Source of the DNA: Takakia lepidozioides
Lineage: Eukaryota > Plantae > Bryophyta
Reading direction: 5' to 3'
Length of the DNA stretch: 64,000 nucleotides
Assembly (NCBI GenBank): GCA_030704615.1
Contig: CM060732.1
Coordinates: forward strand, 27,838,001 to 27,902,000
The position numbers and the translations under genes were made by a program. Below, one piece after another: positions 38,850 through 51,620 of the stretch (its first letter is position 1; every line of letters begins with the position of its first letter). A model generated the notes under the pieces. That model made no database searches. It was not told where the DNA came from and saw only the letters and a list, made by a program, of their open reading frames with translations.

Positions 38850-39094
38850 AATTCGGCGCCATTTTTTCCAGACACTGTACCAGTGCATGTTGGGACTTAG
38901 CCAGTTTTCGGCCCAAAAAAGAGAAATTCGGCGCCATTTTTCCAGACACGGTACCAGTGCATGTTGGGACTTAGCCAGTTTTCGGCCCAAAAAAGAGAAA
39001 TTCGGCGCCATTTTCCCAGACACAGGTACCAGTGCATGTTGGGACTTAGCCAGTTTTCGGCCCCAAAAAGAGAAATTCGGCGCCATTTTTCCAG
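38850..39094. repeat. ~75-bp tandem repeat, 3.3 near-identical copies (probable subterminal region of MULE-2)
   Basis: ATTCGGCGCCATTTT..CCAGACAC..GTACCAGTGCATGTTGGGACTTAGCCAGTTTTCGGCCC..AAAGAGAA at 38851, 38926, 39000 and 39075 (last copy partial). Confidence 0.9.
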
Positions 39095-42000
39095 AAATGG
39101 CCCCACAACTGCTTGTGTTGGATCTCAGTTTGAATGGAATATTGCCTCATTCCAGGAGTTTTGGGGTGCATTTCATTACATTGCAAGAAAAAGTCTGATA
39201 CAGCAAAATGCAATTGAAATATCCATATGGAGGATTCCCTTTGCTCCATCAATGATTTCTGGAATCCCTAAGGAGGAGTTTGTGCAGCTCGTTTACGCTC
39301 AACGCCGGTGCATGAATAAAGTCATCAATAGTCACGTTTATCCTCAACCTCTTCAGGTAAATGTAATACAGATGCTTACACGGATAATACTTCGAACCCT
39401 TATTTGCTTCCATCAACGAGAAGTCCGTACAATTGCAAGTCGGCTCCACTCCAATAGTAATTGTGTATACATCGTCGCGTACAGCCGAGCCGGCCGTTGC
39501 CATCCGATACACACGCCCAAGGCCGGGTGGGGGTACGTCCATGGAGCTCTGAATAGTGCAAGCCATCCCAAGAGCATTGGCAATCCGAGTCTCATTCAAC
39601 TTGTTGGGAGGGTGTCGTCTCTTCACTCTTCCGAATCGCATTGTGGGATGTGCAGAATTGTCCAATCCGTCTCTACTGGACCGAGCAGTCTGCAATGCCT
39701 GGGTCTGAGGAACCGGAAATGCGTGGGCCGGGATGTCTGTGCGTTGCACCATTCGAAATCCTGCTGCAGATAGAGCATCCGCCTCATTCTGAGAGAGGCT
39801 GCAACCCGTTGCAACAGGCCAGACGCCCGGAGGCTCCGGCATTCCCTGAATCCCGTACTTGGGCTTGCCAAATACACAGGTCATTATGTCGTGCCTACAG
39901 AACCAAAATGTCTGCGTTGTGGCGTGAGCAAATGTGGGAGTCAAAAATTTGCCGCTGAAACAAGGTACAGGTACAGCACCATGTGGGTTCCTCCGAATCA
40001 TCTCACCACAGCGTGCTTTCGTATCCACCCGGATGGCGCAGCACTTCCCTCGAAATGCCGGCAATGTCCTCGCAATTCTCCACTGTGACTCCGACACTCT
40101 TGTCCCCACAATGTAAATGTTGTACTGCTTTACTACAGATGGCTCGTTATGTTGTCGGGGCACGCGCCCTGTGCTCAAAGGAGATGACGATCTTGAACGT
40201 GCAGGACTTGCGGTGCTCGACGAGACCTCCTCGGGCAACATCACCGGACCACGAGGGAACGTGCGAATATTCTTGTCAGCTCGCCATGAATCCTCTTCTC
40301 CGCCAGGTGCCTCGTCAAGTCTTCGTCTCACTGGACAGGTATGAACATCTCCTCCCAAATGTTGGCCTCTTCGCAGCAATGGCGTGTCCCGAAGGCCCTC
40401 TCGCAAGGCCGCCGCCCACTTTCGAGGATTCTTCGATCTAGAGGCAGTCCGCATCAGCATTTCTTGCCTGTCCGGCCCCAAGCCCCACTGTTTCCATTTC
40501 AAGAACTGGTTGTATCTGCTTTGCTGCATAACACTACAACAAATTGCGGCTTTTACGTCTCTGTGTTATGACTGCAAATGCAGTCATGGAAGCCATTTAC
40601 GACTTCCTGACTCTGTAGACGTAAAGACCTAGTCAGTTGTGACATGGCAGATATGACTCTCCAGGCTGGCTGTCACATGGCGCCAGAGCAGCTGTGGGGG
40701 TAGTCATACACGCTGGCATTACTGAATGACTGAACGGGTCCATGTCAGCCGCTGTGTAATAGAGACACGTGCTCTCTACAGAACACGCCACGTGTCAGAC
40801 TGCAAGGCCATCCGACTGCAGAGGAGGGAATCAGACGTCAGCATGTGTCGCGTCGTGATTTTGACACGTGGTTCCTCATGTCAATTGACACGCGTCGCTG
40901 TTGGGGGTTGTAGATTTACTTTATTGTTATTATAATTACTAAAATAATTATTATAATTATTTGTTATTATAATTATTATTACTGACCAACATGGGACAGT
41001 GGCACATTATTAAATAACGAATTTTTGAAATTATATTCTTAGATAAAATATTTATTCGCTCATATACCAAAACACACCCTTACGGGGAAGGAGAGTTTGC
41101 CTTAGTGCCTGTGCTGAATTGCATCTGCTACTGTTACCTGTTTATGGATATTTTTTATTGTCACTTTGGCAGTATTATATCAAAGTCACTCCAAACTATC
41201 TACCATCTACCCATGACCATCTACCCATGCAGGTTTCTTGTAGCTATCCTTCCACAGGGAATCATCGGTAATCTGGAGCTTGAAATCCGGCTTTCTTGGA
41301 TGATCTGGACCCACACTCTATCCCTGCTCCTTCAGCTATCCATGCCTCTGCATAGATCATGCATATATCCTTGCATTGATGTTAGCAGCTGACAATGACA
41401 GCCTACATTTGTTCCAGCAAACACCCAACTCAACTTACCACACAAGTTCCTATTCTCAATTGCATCTGTTACTCTCTGTAATCCAACAGGCATTTACCTT
41501 TTTGCCTCGGTTGTCCCACCATTGACTGGGGTCAGAAAAGTATTCATTCCACAGCTTCCCCTCATCTCCGTTAACTGTTTTTCGATACTTTCCTGTTGTC
41601 ACATTGGCAATATCATGTCAAAGTCACTCCAAACTAGATTCACTCAACCAGCTAACTTGCAGACATTGAAATTTAGGGCCGGTTCTGATAAGAGGGAAAA
41701 ACAGGGTGAAATGTGTTGAAGAAGGTGCCTTTATTAGCAGTGCTTGATTTTATCAATTGTGCCGCTACTCCTGCGGCTTCCAGTTCACCATCTACCCATG
41801 CAGGTTTCTTATAGCTAAATCCACAGGTAATCATAGGTAATCATGTGCTTGAAATCTGGCCCTCTTGGATGAATCTGGACCCATACTCTATCCCTGCTCT
41901 TTCAGCTATCACTGCTTCTGCACAAATCATGCATACTTCCTTGCCTTGCAGCTGATAATGACAGCCTACATTTGTTCTAGGAAACACCCAACTCAGCTTA

Positions 42001-42149
42001 TCACACTAGTTCCTATGCTGAATTGCGTCTGCCCTCTATAATCTAACAGGCATTAACCTTTTTCCCTCGGTTGTCCCACCATTCCACAACTTCTCCTCGT
42101 CTCTGTGACTTGTTTCTGGATACTTTCCTGTTGTCACATTGGCATCATG

Positions 42150-43150
42150 TCAAAGTTCAGATCGACATCTAGTACAATTCCACCACGAACCTCTTTGCTA
42201 TTTTGCAGGGCTGCCAGGCTTGCACACATGTTGCAAATGTAACAAACACGATGTGGTTGCGCTGCAGTATCCCTTCCCACACCACTTGCTCATAGACCTC
42301 TCCAAAGGGCCTCCATCCTGTGCCGCTGTTGTGCATATCCTGGGATCATCATCCTCCATGCACCCCAATTTGGCATACAAGTCCACAAGGGCATAGTTCA
42401 GAACAACATTTGTTTAATTCCAGCTTGGACGATCAACATCACAAACCCCGTCTTCACTCATTGCCTACTCTAGGTAAGTGCAATTATGGGGACCACATCT
42501 CATTCAGCCATATTATCAAAACAACCATGTATCCTTGTAGTTGCACCCTGCAACCTTGGCATACATGTCCACTACGGCAACGTTCAGAATCACATCAAAT
42601 ACAATACCAGCTTTGACAATATCACCGTGGACCTCTGTACCTTTTTTCAGGGCTGCCAGGTGTGCATTTGACATACATATCCACCAAGGCAGTGTTTAGA
42701 GTGACATCTAGTGGTACAATTCCAGATTTGATAATGGACCTTTGCGTCCTTTCCAGGGCTACCAGGCTCGCATTTGACATACATGTACACCAGGGGAATG
42801 TTCAGAATGACATCAGGTACAATTCCAGCTTTGATGATGTCACCATGAACCTCTTGGCCCCTTCCCAGGGCTGCTAGGCTCGCATATGCATATTAACAAA
42901 CACAAATGAACATGACCTGGTTTGGCTTCATCCTTTCCCACATCATTTGTTCTTAGGTTTCCCAAGCCTTACTCCCACACCTATGCTACACACACCTTAC
43001 AATCATGGCAGTCCACAACACCACATCTCATTTAGCCATGTTGTCGAACTCTCCCTTTGCATCAGGCTTGCTGCACCCACATTTGGCATACATGTCCACT
43101 AGGGCAGTGGTCAGAATGACAACTAGTACAGTTTCAGCTTTGACGATGGC
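42150..43150 (-). pseudogene. Degenerate PLS-class PPR fragments inside the Pack-CACTA
   Basis: The minus strand gives repeated ALVDMYAKCG, VFDNMAK.DVVLWTAMIV and ASLAAL.KG..VH-like motifs homologous to 14660-16620. Confidence 0.8.
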
Positions 43151-44759
43151 ACATGGCCAAGAGATATCCCAATATCCCGCTACCAATGGGTTCAATGCAT
43201 ACTCTTGTCACATTGGCAGTATCATGTCAAAGTCACTCCAACTAGATTCACTCAACCAGCTAACTTGCAGAATTGAACATGAAAATTTAGGGCCGAATCT
43301 GATAAGAAGGGAAAATAGGGTGAAATGTGTTTCAGAAGGTGCCTTCATTAGCAGTGCTTGATTGTATCAATTGTGCTGCTGCTGCTGCGGCTTCCAATTG
43401 ACCATCTACCCATGCATGTTTCTTGTATCTATCCTTCCACAGGGAATCATAGATAATATGGAGCTTGAAATCTGGCCCTCTTCCACACTCTATCCCTGCT
43501 CCTTCAGCTATCTATGCCTCTGCACAAAATCATGCATACAACAATCATTCCAGCAAACACCCCCAACCCTACTTATCAATGAGCAACGAGCTAACTTACA
43601 TAATTCAATATGCATCTCAAGGCCGAGTCTGATGAGAGGGCAAAACAGGCTGAAATAGGTCGAAGAAGAACCCATAGAGGATTTGACCGACCATCAACCC
43701 AAAAGGACCTCTTGTGTGTGCTGCTTGTGTCTTGTAGTCAGGTAATGTCGGATTGGTCTGTGAGAACCAGCACGGTGCAGATGAGCAGGCAGAGATTGAA
43801 ACACGGCCTACTAAGACCAAGCTGACTCTCCCACGAACCTTGAAACATCAGGAAGAATACCAAATCATGGTACTAACAGGAGCCAACAGCCCACATTTGC
43901 AGGATGGACAAACTTCTTCACATCGTACATTAAGGAAAAGCTGCACCTTGCCATTGCGGTTGTCGCACCATCGTGAAGGATCTTTAAAAATCTCATGCCA
44001 ACTCTGCTCCGTGCTGCAAATGAAGGGCCGAGTCTGATGAGAGGGCAAAACAGGTTGAAATAGGTCGAAGAAGAAGGTGCCCTCACCACATTGTCCTCGA
44101 CCTTGTGTCATGGCCCATGGAGGATTTGACTGACCATGAACCCAAGAGGACCTCTTCAGTGTGCTGCTTGTTTCTGTAGTCAGGTAATGTCGGATTGGTC
44201 AGTGAGAACCACCACGGTGCAGCTGAGTGGGCAGAGATTGAAACACGGCCTGCTAAGACCAAGCTAACTCTCCCAAGAACCTTGTAAACATCAGGAAGAA
44301 TACCAAATCATGGTACTAACAGGAGCCAACAACCCACATTTGCAGGATGGACAAACTTCTTCACATCGTACATTAAGAAAAAGCCACACCTTGCAATTGC
44401 GGTTGTCCCGCCATCGTGAAGGATCTTTTAGAAACTCATGCCAGCTCTGCTCCGTGCTGTAAAATCAGGGCCGAGCGGGTAGAGATTGAAACACGGCCTC
44501 TCCCAAGAACGGCAGGCTCCCAGCCGAAACCTCCTCGCACACATACCGTAGCGTTTCTAGGGTTGCTTGCTCCAAATGCGAAGGTTGATCCAACTGCGGG
44601 CCTCCCATGCATGTTTGCCCTCTCTCCCGCTCGCTCGCTCTAAGTCCCAACCCTCTCTCTCTCTCCCTCCCGCTCGCTCTAAGTCTATTCACGCTACCGT
44701 GATGGACAACTTTTTTAAGTTTTTTAACCTTTTTGTAAACCCTAAAAGCCCCTCTTTGA

Positions 44760-44965
44760 TTTTTTTTCTTTTTTTTCTTTTCTTAAAGGAAACCACAGGT
44801 CCTTGAGGAGGGGGGATCACCCGCCTTCATTTATGGGCCATAAGACGTACAGGACGATCAATGCCCAGACATACTGTCACGAACAATCCCACATACGGGA
44901 TAAGGCAGCGGGTTTGAACCCCAAACCACCAAGGCGACACACTGTGCACTTACCAGCCGATGTGT
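44760..44965 (-). mobile_element. Possible tRNA-derived SINE remnant
   Basis: The minus strand has B-box-like GGTTCAAACCC preceded by a weak A-box (GCTGGTAAG) and ends in an A-rich tail (T-runs on + at about 44760-44785). Confidence 0.4.
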
Positions 44966-46947
44966 TTTTAAAAAAAAAAAAATTTGCATTTTGTTTTTAA
45001 AAAAAATTGATTCTAGTGGTCAGAGTCTTCGTTTTTTCAAAATATAAATACTCATATATTATATATATAACCAGAAAAACATGTGTTGACATGTGCAGTC
45101 ATGTAGTGATTCATCCATGTGATGATCTGGCAGAATGCATTAGAGTGAGAGTCATGAAGTCATATGTCTTTCTAGCAATATACACACGTCATTCTAGTGT
45201 AGTCATGACCGTGACTGGTAGTCATATCTGCCATGCCAATATTCGTGGTCAAACATGTTTGACCTGTGTTCCGCAGAGTCCGGAGCCATGCAGTCACATA
45301 TACGCCTTCCCTAGACCTGCATTATGACTTCAAAAGCATTTTACGACTGCAAATGGCATTTCTGCCACAAATCTGTCATGACTGCGCACCCATGGGAGTC
45401 GTAAAAGCCGCAATCTGTTGTAGTGTAATTGACCTCACAATGTCCTCCGTTGTGGCAATGAGGATGTCCACCAGATGCGCCGCAGAGGAGGCACGCCAGG
45501 AAGAGTGCACTGATTCGGCCATGTTTGTCGTGGGCATGTCGGTGGAGGTGCACGGAAGTGCAGATGACTGGTTAGATTGGCAGTGGCCAATCAGATACTC
45601 CCTTGCTCATGGTCAGTGCCCACCAAGTTATGGAAAGGAGCAGAGAAAGAGAATTGCTATCAAGGCTCTACCTTACACTATGGTAGGGAGCAGAATGTAT
45701 AAGCTAGGACCAGATGGAGTGCTGAAGCGATGCTTATACCACCATGAAGTTAATAAAGTTTTGGAGGAAGTTCATAAATGAGTGGCAGGAGGTCATTTTG
45801 GAGAAGAGACTACCAGTAGGAAGATACTACATGCAGGTTACTGGTGGCCTACTTTGTTCAAAGATGTACACAAGTATTGTCAGAGTTGTGATGAATGTCA
45901 GAGGCTAGGACCTTTGCAGAGATCTGGGAAGATGGCTTTGCATCCTACAATGCCTACGGAACCATTTCAGAAATGGGGACTAGACTTTGTTGGACCAATT
46001 AACCCACCATACAAGAATACACAGAACAGGTACATAATTACAGCCACTGATTATACTACGAAGTGGGTGGAAGCATGAGGGACAACACAGCCAAGTCCAC
46101 AGCAAGGTTCCTGTATGAGAACATACTTACACGATTTGGCTGTCCCTTGGAATTTATCAGTGATCAGGGAAATCACTTCATTAATGAGACCATTGAATTA
46201 TTGACTAAAGAGTTCATGATTGTGCATAGGAAGAGTACAACATATTACCCACAGGGTAATGGGCAGGCAGAGGCTACCAACAAAATACTATGTACTATCT
46301 TGGCTAAGATAATCAATGCAAACAGAACGGATTGGGATACAAAGCTACTGACAGCTTTGTGGTCATACAAGGCTTCATATAAAGTCACCACTAAGTATAC
46401 ACCATTCCAATTAGTTTATGGTATGGAAGCTTTACTTCCAGTGGAATTCCTGTTACCTACCATGAGAACGAAATGGGGAAAGAGAATGGAATTGCAAGAT
46501 TCAATTAAGGTCAGGAAACATGAATTATACCATGTGGAAGAAGTACGTGCTGATGCAGCTGATAACATGACCATAATTCAGATGAAGAGAAAGGAACAGT
46601 TTGATGAAGGCAAGATAAAGACTTTTAAGACGGGAGATTTGGTTCTCTGGTTGCAGAAGAAGGGGAAGATTAAAGCTTCTAAGCTTAAATCACCATGGAA
46701 AGGACCTTATGTCATACAGAAAATGTATGATAACAACACCGCCATGTTACAAACCATTAACAAAGAGATGCTGAGAATAGTTAATGCCAATAAGTTGAAG
46801 GGCTACAGTGGTATCCATGACAAACCATTGCAGCATGATTTACATGTTGAAACGCAGAAGCAGTCACGGGCTGCGCCAGTGATACCAACGGAGTATGAAG
46901 CACTTGTCGGTAGGCCGAGCATATATGACCAAGGCGGGCAGAACAAG

Positions 46948-47222
46948 CGCGACACAGCCTATCACAACCCATCAAGGCATGACACAGCCTATCACAGCCC
47001 AGCACGGCGCGACACAGCATATCACAGCCCAGCACGGCGCAACACAACCTATCACAGCCCAGCACTGCGCGACATAACATATCACAGCCCAACACGGCGC
47101 AACACAGCCTATCACAGCCCATCACAGCGTGTCACAGCCTATCACAGCTTACCACAATGCCACACAGCCTATCACAGCATACCATAGTATGACACAGCCT
47201 GTCACAGCACAGCACAGCCTAC
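46948..47222 (+). repeat. ~30-bp tandem repeat (about 9 copies) at the integrase C-terminus
   Basis: CGACACAGCCTATCACAGCCCAGCACGGCG-like unit encoding (R/H)DTAYHSPAR. A related ACAGC-rich array sits at 50745-50888. Confidence 0.9.
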
Positions 47223-50200
47223 TAGGGTTACACAATCCATAGGATCAGTGACAGGTGGACGTGGGTTAACATCCGGAGAGTGGCCAGCGGAAAAGTGGAC
47301 GAATGCACGTGTAGAAATAGACAAGTGGACGCCAGGGCGAGACACACAACCGGACATGGATTGCAAGAACGACTGTCATCAAGGAAAAAGACAAAATTGG
47401 CCGTCAAAGTACCTACCTGGCACATTAACTTATTATGGGCCCATTAATGCATACGGGGAAAGGATAACGGAACCCTTAAAAAGTACCGAAAAGCGAAATC
47501 CATGTCACATGTGCTATCCTAGTGGACAGTCCAGAGTGGAAAATCCATGGAAGAAAATGAAATCTAAAATCCAGTCACAGCAGTTACAGCCAATCAAAAG
47601 CCAGAAGCAGAATCAAGAAAATGGAGGAATTTTCAGCGCAAGAGTCGGCGTCGTTCCAAGTAACGGGCGTCACGACGGGACAGACCATCAATGCTATAGC
47701 TTTGAAGCTATGGAGGAAGTAACAGACTATACGCTCGCGATACTACTTACGCAGTGGCACGGGGATAGAAGAACAGAGAGTATCTTTTCTCTTAATCGAT
47801 GCTTGCAAGCCCCGCATGCTTACAAGAAATTACCCATAGCATTTTGTGGCAACCATACGTTTATGCTTTGTGCCCTGCAGGCATTTCTTCAATTGTTACA
47901 GCCAAAACCTTTCTGTGGGTCTAGAATGAAGAGAGTGAGAGGAATGGAAGAAATCAGGGTGAAGAGCACCACAATCCTGCAAAAACAAACGATTGCTACT
48001 CCACAGGCGGTACAGTTACTGAAGGAGCTGCGATTAGAAGGATTGCAAAGCAAAGATTGGACATTGTACCATAGGCAATACATGTTACGATTCTTGCAGA
48101 ACTTTGAGCCTAGGACAGGAGCAACAACGGTGAAGGGAGTTGAATTAGAAATTACTCCCCTATACCTACAGCAATTGTTTGAATTGCCATCAGGTCAGGT
48201 GCATGTAGAGGAGCACAGGGCAAGATTGCAAATAGGGGACTTATTCCAAGAAGGGAGTTTCTTTAAAACTTAGGGTTATGCTTGTACCAAGGCCGTGTAC
48301 CCAGGGCTAAGGGAGGTAGGCCAGGTATTGAACGTTCTGTTTGCCATGAAATAGAACCAACAGTATTTGAGCAGATCCTTCACAGAGGAAATACTCAAAG
48401 CCTTGAGAGGAGAAGAGGTAGCATGGGCAGACATAATGTACAACGCACTAGTAGAGGAGATGAAAAGATTACAGGGCACTGCCGCAAAGTCTCCTCTCAT
48501 AGTGTCTGGCCCAATCATTGCTCAAATATGCTCTTCACACAGTGAGGGTGGACTGGCAGGGCAACCCCAGTCTAAGAGACAGAGGCGGGGAAAGACTGTA
48601 GTGGCGAATCCACTGGCTTCACGAAAACCGCATGATAACGTTTCCCAAGCTCTTGTGCAGGAAGGGGCATAGCAGCACATAGAGCTGCTATTATTGGAAG
48701 CAGGACCTTCAGAGAGGGAAGAGGAAGTTACTTCAGTATCACAGCCATCACAGCCAGATGATCAGCTTGTCACATAGTTACCACAAGTTGTCCATGCAGT
48801 TCCACCAGAAATAATTGATTTGGAGAAAGAAGGGTTAGATATCCCCACTACAGAACAGGTGGTGGCAGAAATTGAGAAGGGGGACCTTCTCTATGAAAAT
48901 TCTGGTCTGGTCAGGGAAACAGTGATTCCGGAGGTGCAGCGGTTGTCTAGGGGAAACCCTGCAGTGCATATAATACACACACCTATGACGGAGGTACCAC
49001 AGGTAGAATGTCAAGACACTGCAGCACCTGTGACGGATGAGGTGGTTCAGGAAGAAAATCTGGTGGGGCAATGGCCTGAATGGTTCGTGAGGCTTCACAC
49101 TATTGAGGATCAGGGATAACAGCAGCAAGTTCACCATGATGACCCTCAACAGGCCATGCTTATGAGTTCCATTAGCAGGACACTTAATTTGTTGGGCACT
49201 TATGTCAAATCCCATGTTCCAACTACCCAATTGGCAGCTTTGAGGGAGGAACTCAGGAAGGAGTTTGAGGCTCGACTTGCCACTGAGTGTGCAAACAAGG
49301 TCGATGAGGAAGTCACTCTCAAGATACAGCAAGACTTAGAGAGTACAAAAGCTGCTTTGCAATTGGCCAAGGAACAATTGATTGAGGCAGGCCTCGCGCA
49401 AGACCAGTTGCACGAAGCACATAAGCAACAGCTATACCAAATGCAGGTGAAGCATGAAAGCAAGTTGCAAGAAGTGAATGCACTACATACGGAGTTGCAG
49501 ACAGTGCATGACAGGATGGCCATACAATGTGCTACACTCACAACTACGCTTGACCAAGCTACAATAGAAATTAACAGTCAAGCGGAAAGATGTACGAAGG
49601 CAGAGGCAGAGAATGTCGAGCAAGCGAAACTCATTGTCGATATGAATAATACAATCTGTCGCAATACAGACAGGTTGAAGCCGACCAAGAGAGGTACATC
49701 CTGGAGTTGCAACAAACGCTCATGGTAAATAGAAATGAACTGTCTGTGGCTAACAAGGCTTGGAAAGAAGCCAATAATCTGGCTGCTGCCTATGCCAGTT
49801 TGGTTGAACCTCATGCGAAGCGCATGGAAGCTTTACAGCAGCAGATAGATGTGTACAGGCTCACAGAGGAGCAGGCTCTCAGGGATGCCACAAACAACTT
49901 GGTGGATAACCACCTTATGCAAGTCTGGTTAGCACAAGGACCGGTGGAAGGCAAAACACCACGGAAGCTCACCCAAAGCGAGATGAATGAGCTTAGGCTG
50001 CAGGTACAGAACATTGCCACAACTACTATAGACAATGTCTATAGTAGAATAACGGAGCTACAGGAGGATGTAGACGGTCTGCAGACTCAGGTGGAGGACC
50101 TGACATCAAATGTTGACAAGAGAGTCTTTGTACCTGAGGAGCAACTGATGGCTTCTTATTTACAAGCCAGAACTTTGGCTTTTCAGTCTTCTTCGCAGGG

Positions 50201-50888
50201 GGTGCAGGAGATGCCAATGGTACAAGAGCCAGTGCCACCAACACCACAACAAGTCACTGTATAGTAGCTGACCCTGTTGTTACTACAGCCACACCACAGC
50301 CACCACAGCCTGAGGTATGGGGGAATGCTGCTTTTAACCCACCTAAAACTCCAGCTGCACGGGAGTACAGTCGGGCTATGATTATGCCTTTCAACCAAAT
50401 TCCCATTGTGTTGGATTTGGCTTGGAAGGAATTTAGTCCTCCGCAGTCGTTGGCACATTACTATCAAATCATGCGCATTTGGCTGCCAGTGGCAACTAGG
50501 ACTAAAGTTCTTCTGAACAATCGACCAATTGAGGATCATCACTTTGCGCAGTACTGGCATGAGGCAAGTACCATGTTGAAGGAATTAATTGCCTTCCAAG
50601 TTGTACATGGATTCGTTTATACCAAGACCAAAGAGGTAGCAAGTATTGTCATGGACTACGGGTTATACTACGCTGCTTGTTTTCTGGCACGTTATCACAT
50701 TGAGCAGCAGAAGATGCAAACGCGCTTTCTGAGTTATTCCAGTGATCACAGCCCGACACAGCCCGTCACAGCCCGACACAGTCGCACAGCCAGTCACAGC
50801 TCGACACAGCCCGACACAGCCCAACACAGTCGCACAGCCAGTCACAGCCCGTCACAGTTTCACACAGCCAGTCACAGCTTGACACAGC

Positions 50889-51604
50889 TGTCACGACCAT
50901 AGGGAACGGATAGCAGGACAGGGAACGACTGTGGGGAACAACATCTGCGAATGGAACATGTTAGTTCACGGATGACGGTTAGTGAGGGAAACGGTTAGAA
51001 CAACGGGTAGGAAGATAAAGCCAGGAGCGAGGACTGGAAAATGATCACTTCTTGGGGGAGAATCACTTCTTGGGGGAGAATCACTTCTGAGGGAAGATGA
51101 TCACTTCTGGAAGGACTTGGGGGGGGGGGGGAGATCACGACTTGGAAAGGAAGCGGAGAGCGCATCTCCGAGCAGAAAGAGGGAGAGCACGGAGTAGGAG
51201 GAGAACGATCTGTTGATACTTGCTGAATGCAAGAAGTAGAGTTGTAATGTAGAGTAGAATAGAGATACCATGGCTTCAGCCTGATACTTGATAGATATTA
51301 ATCTGATACATACTTCATACTCACACTGTGTAGAGAGATCTGAGTGAAGCTGTGGAATGAATGGATGAGTTGATGGAATCCGATAGATTGCTGAAGCAAA
51401 CTGATACTTAAATACCAACAGTAAGGTAACTAGCTAACATGAATGCGGGAAGGAAAACAAATAGGAAACACCCCCATGATACACTAGCTGTAGGTCATGA
51501 CTGATTGTTCTGAGCGGGCTGAGTGCTTAGAGATTTCCAACTCTTCTATCTTGGAGTTCCCGCCTCGGATAGTGAAGGGATGGGTGAGTAAAAACCGCGT
51601 GACA
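50889..51604 (+). repeat. LTR (716 bp) with TGTCACG...CGTGACA termini
   Basis: 7-bp terminal inverted repeat with TG..CA ends and internal ATCACTTCT(T)GGGGGAG repeats. No clear PPT or matching TSD, so ownership by the upstream Gypsy is inferred. Confidence 0.65.
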
Positions 51605-51620
51605 TTGTGGCTGGGTAGGA

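Larger units (their letters stand above)
40532..45425. mobile_element. Complete non-autonomous CACTA (4.9 kb) with captured PPR fragments (Pack-CACTA)
   Basis: TIRs CACTACAACAAATTGCGGCTTTTACG (40532) and CGTAAAAGCCGCAATCTGTTGTAGTG (ending 45425) match at 25/26. TSD TAA at 40529-40531 and 45426-45428. No transposase inside. Confidence 0.95.
39249..45560 (-). pseudogene. Second MULE transposase (C-terminal half), split by the CACTA at 40532-45425 and truncated at the Gypsy junction (~45560)
   Basis: Removing the CACTA and one TSD restores DMPTTNMAESVHSSW...ATTEDIVRSI-MQQSRYNQFL...GP, colinear with MULE-1 (SCNLSETVRSVW...ATSDDMVRALSQQTQYREFL...GP). Shared FWFC...C domain. SWIM CNCTDF...PCKHLY. 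Confidence 0.85.
45565..51604 (+). mobile_element. Second Ty3/Gypsy remnant: integrase, long degenerate 3' extra ORF region and LTR; gag/RT deleted
   Basis: IN zinc motif H...GGHFG...YWWP...CDECQR. Core motifs [38 protein letters not shown] and WKGPY. Fragmented coiled-coil ORFs at 47930-50900. Confidence 0.88.
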
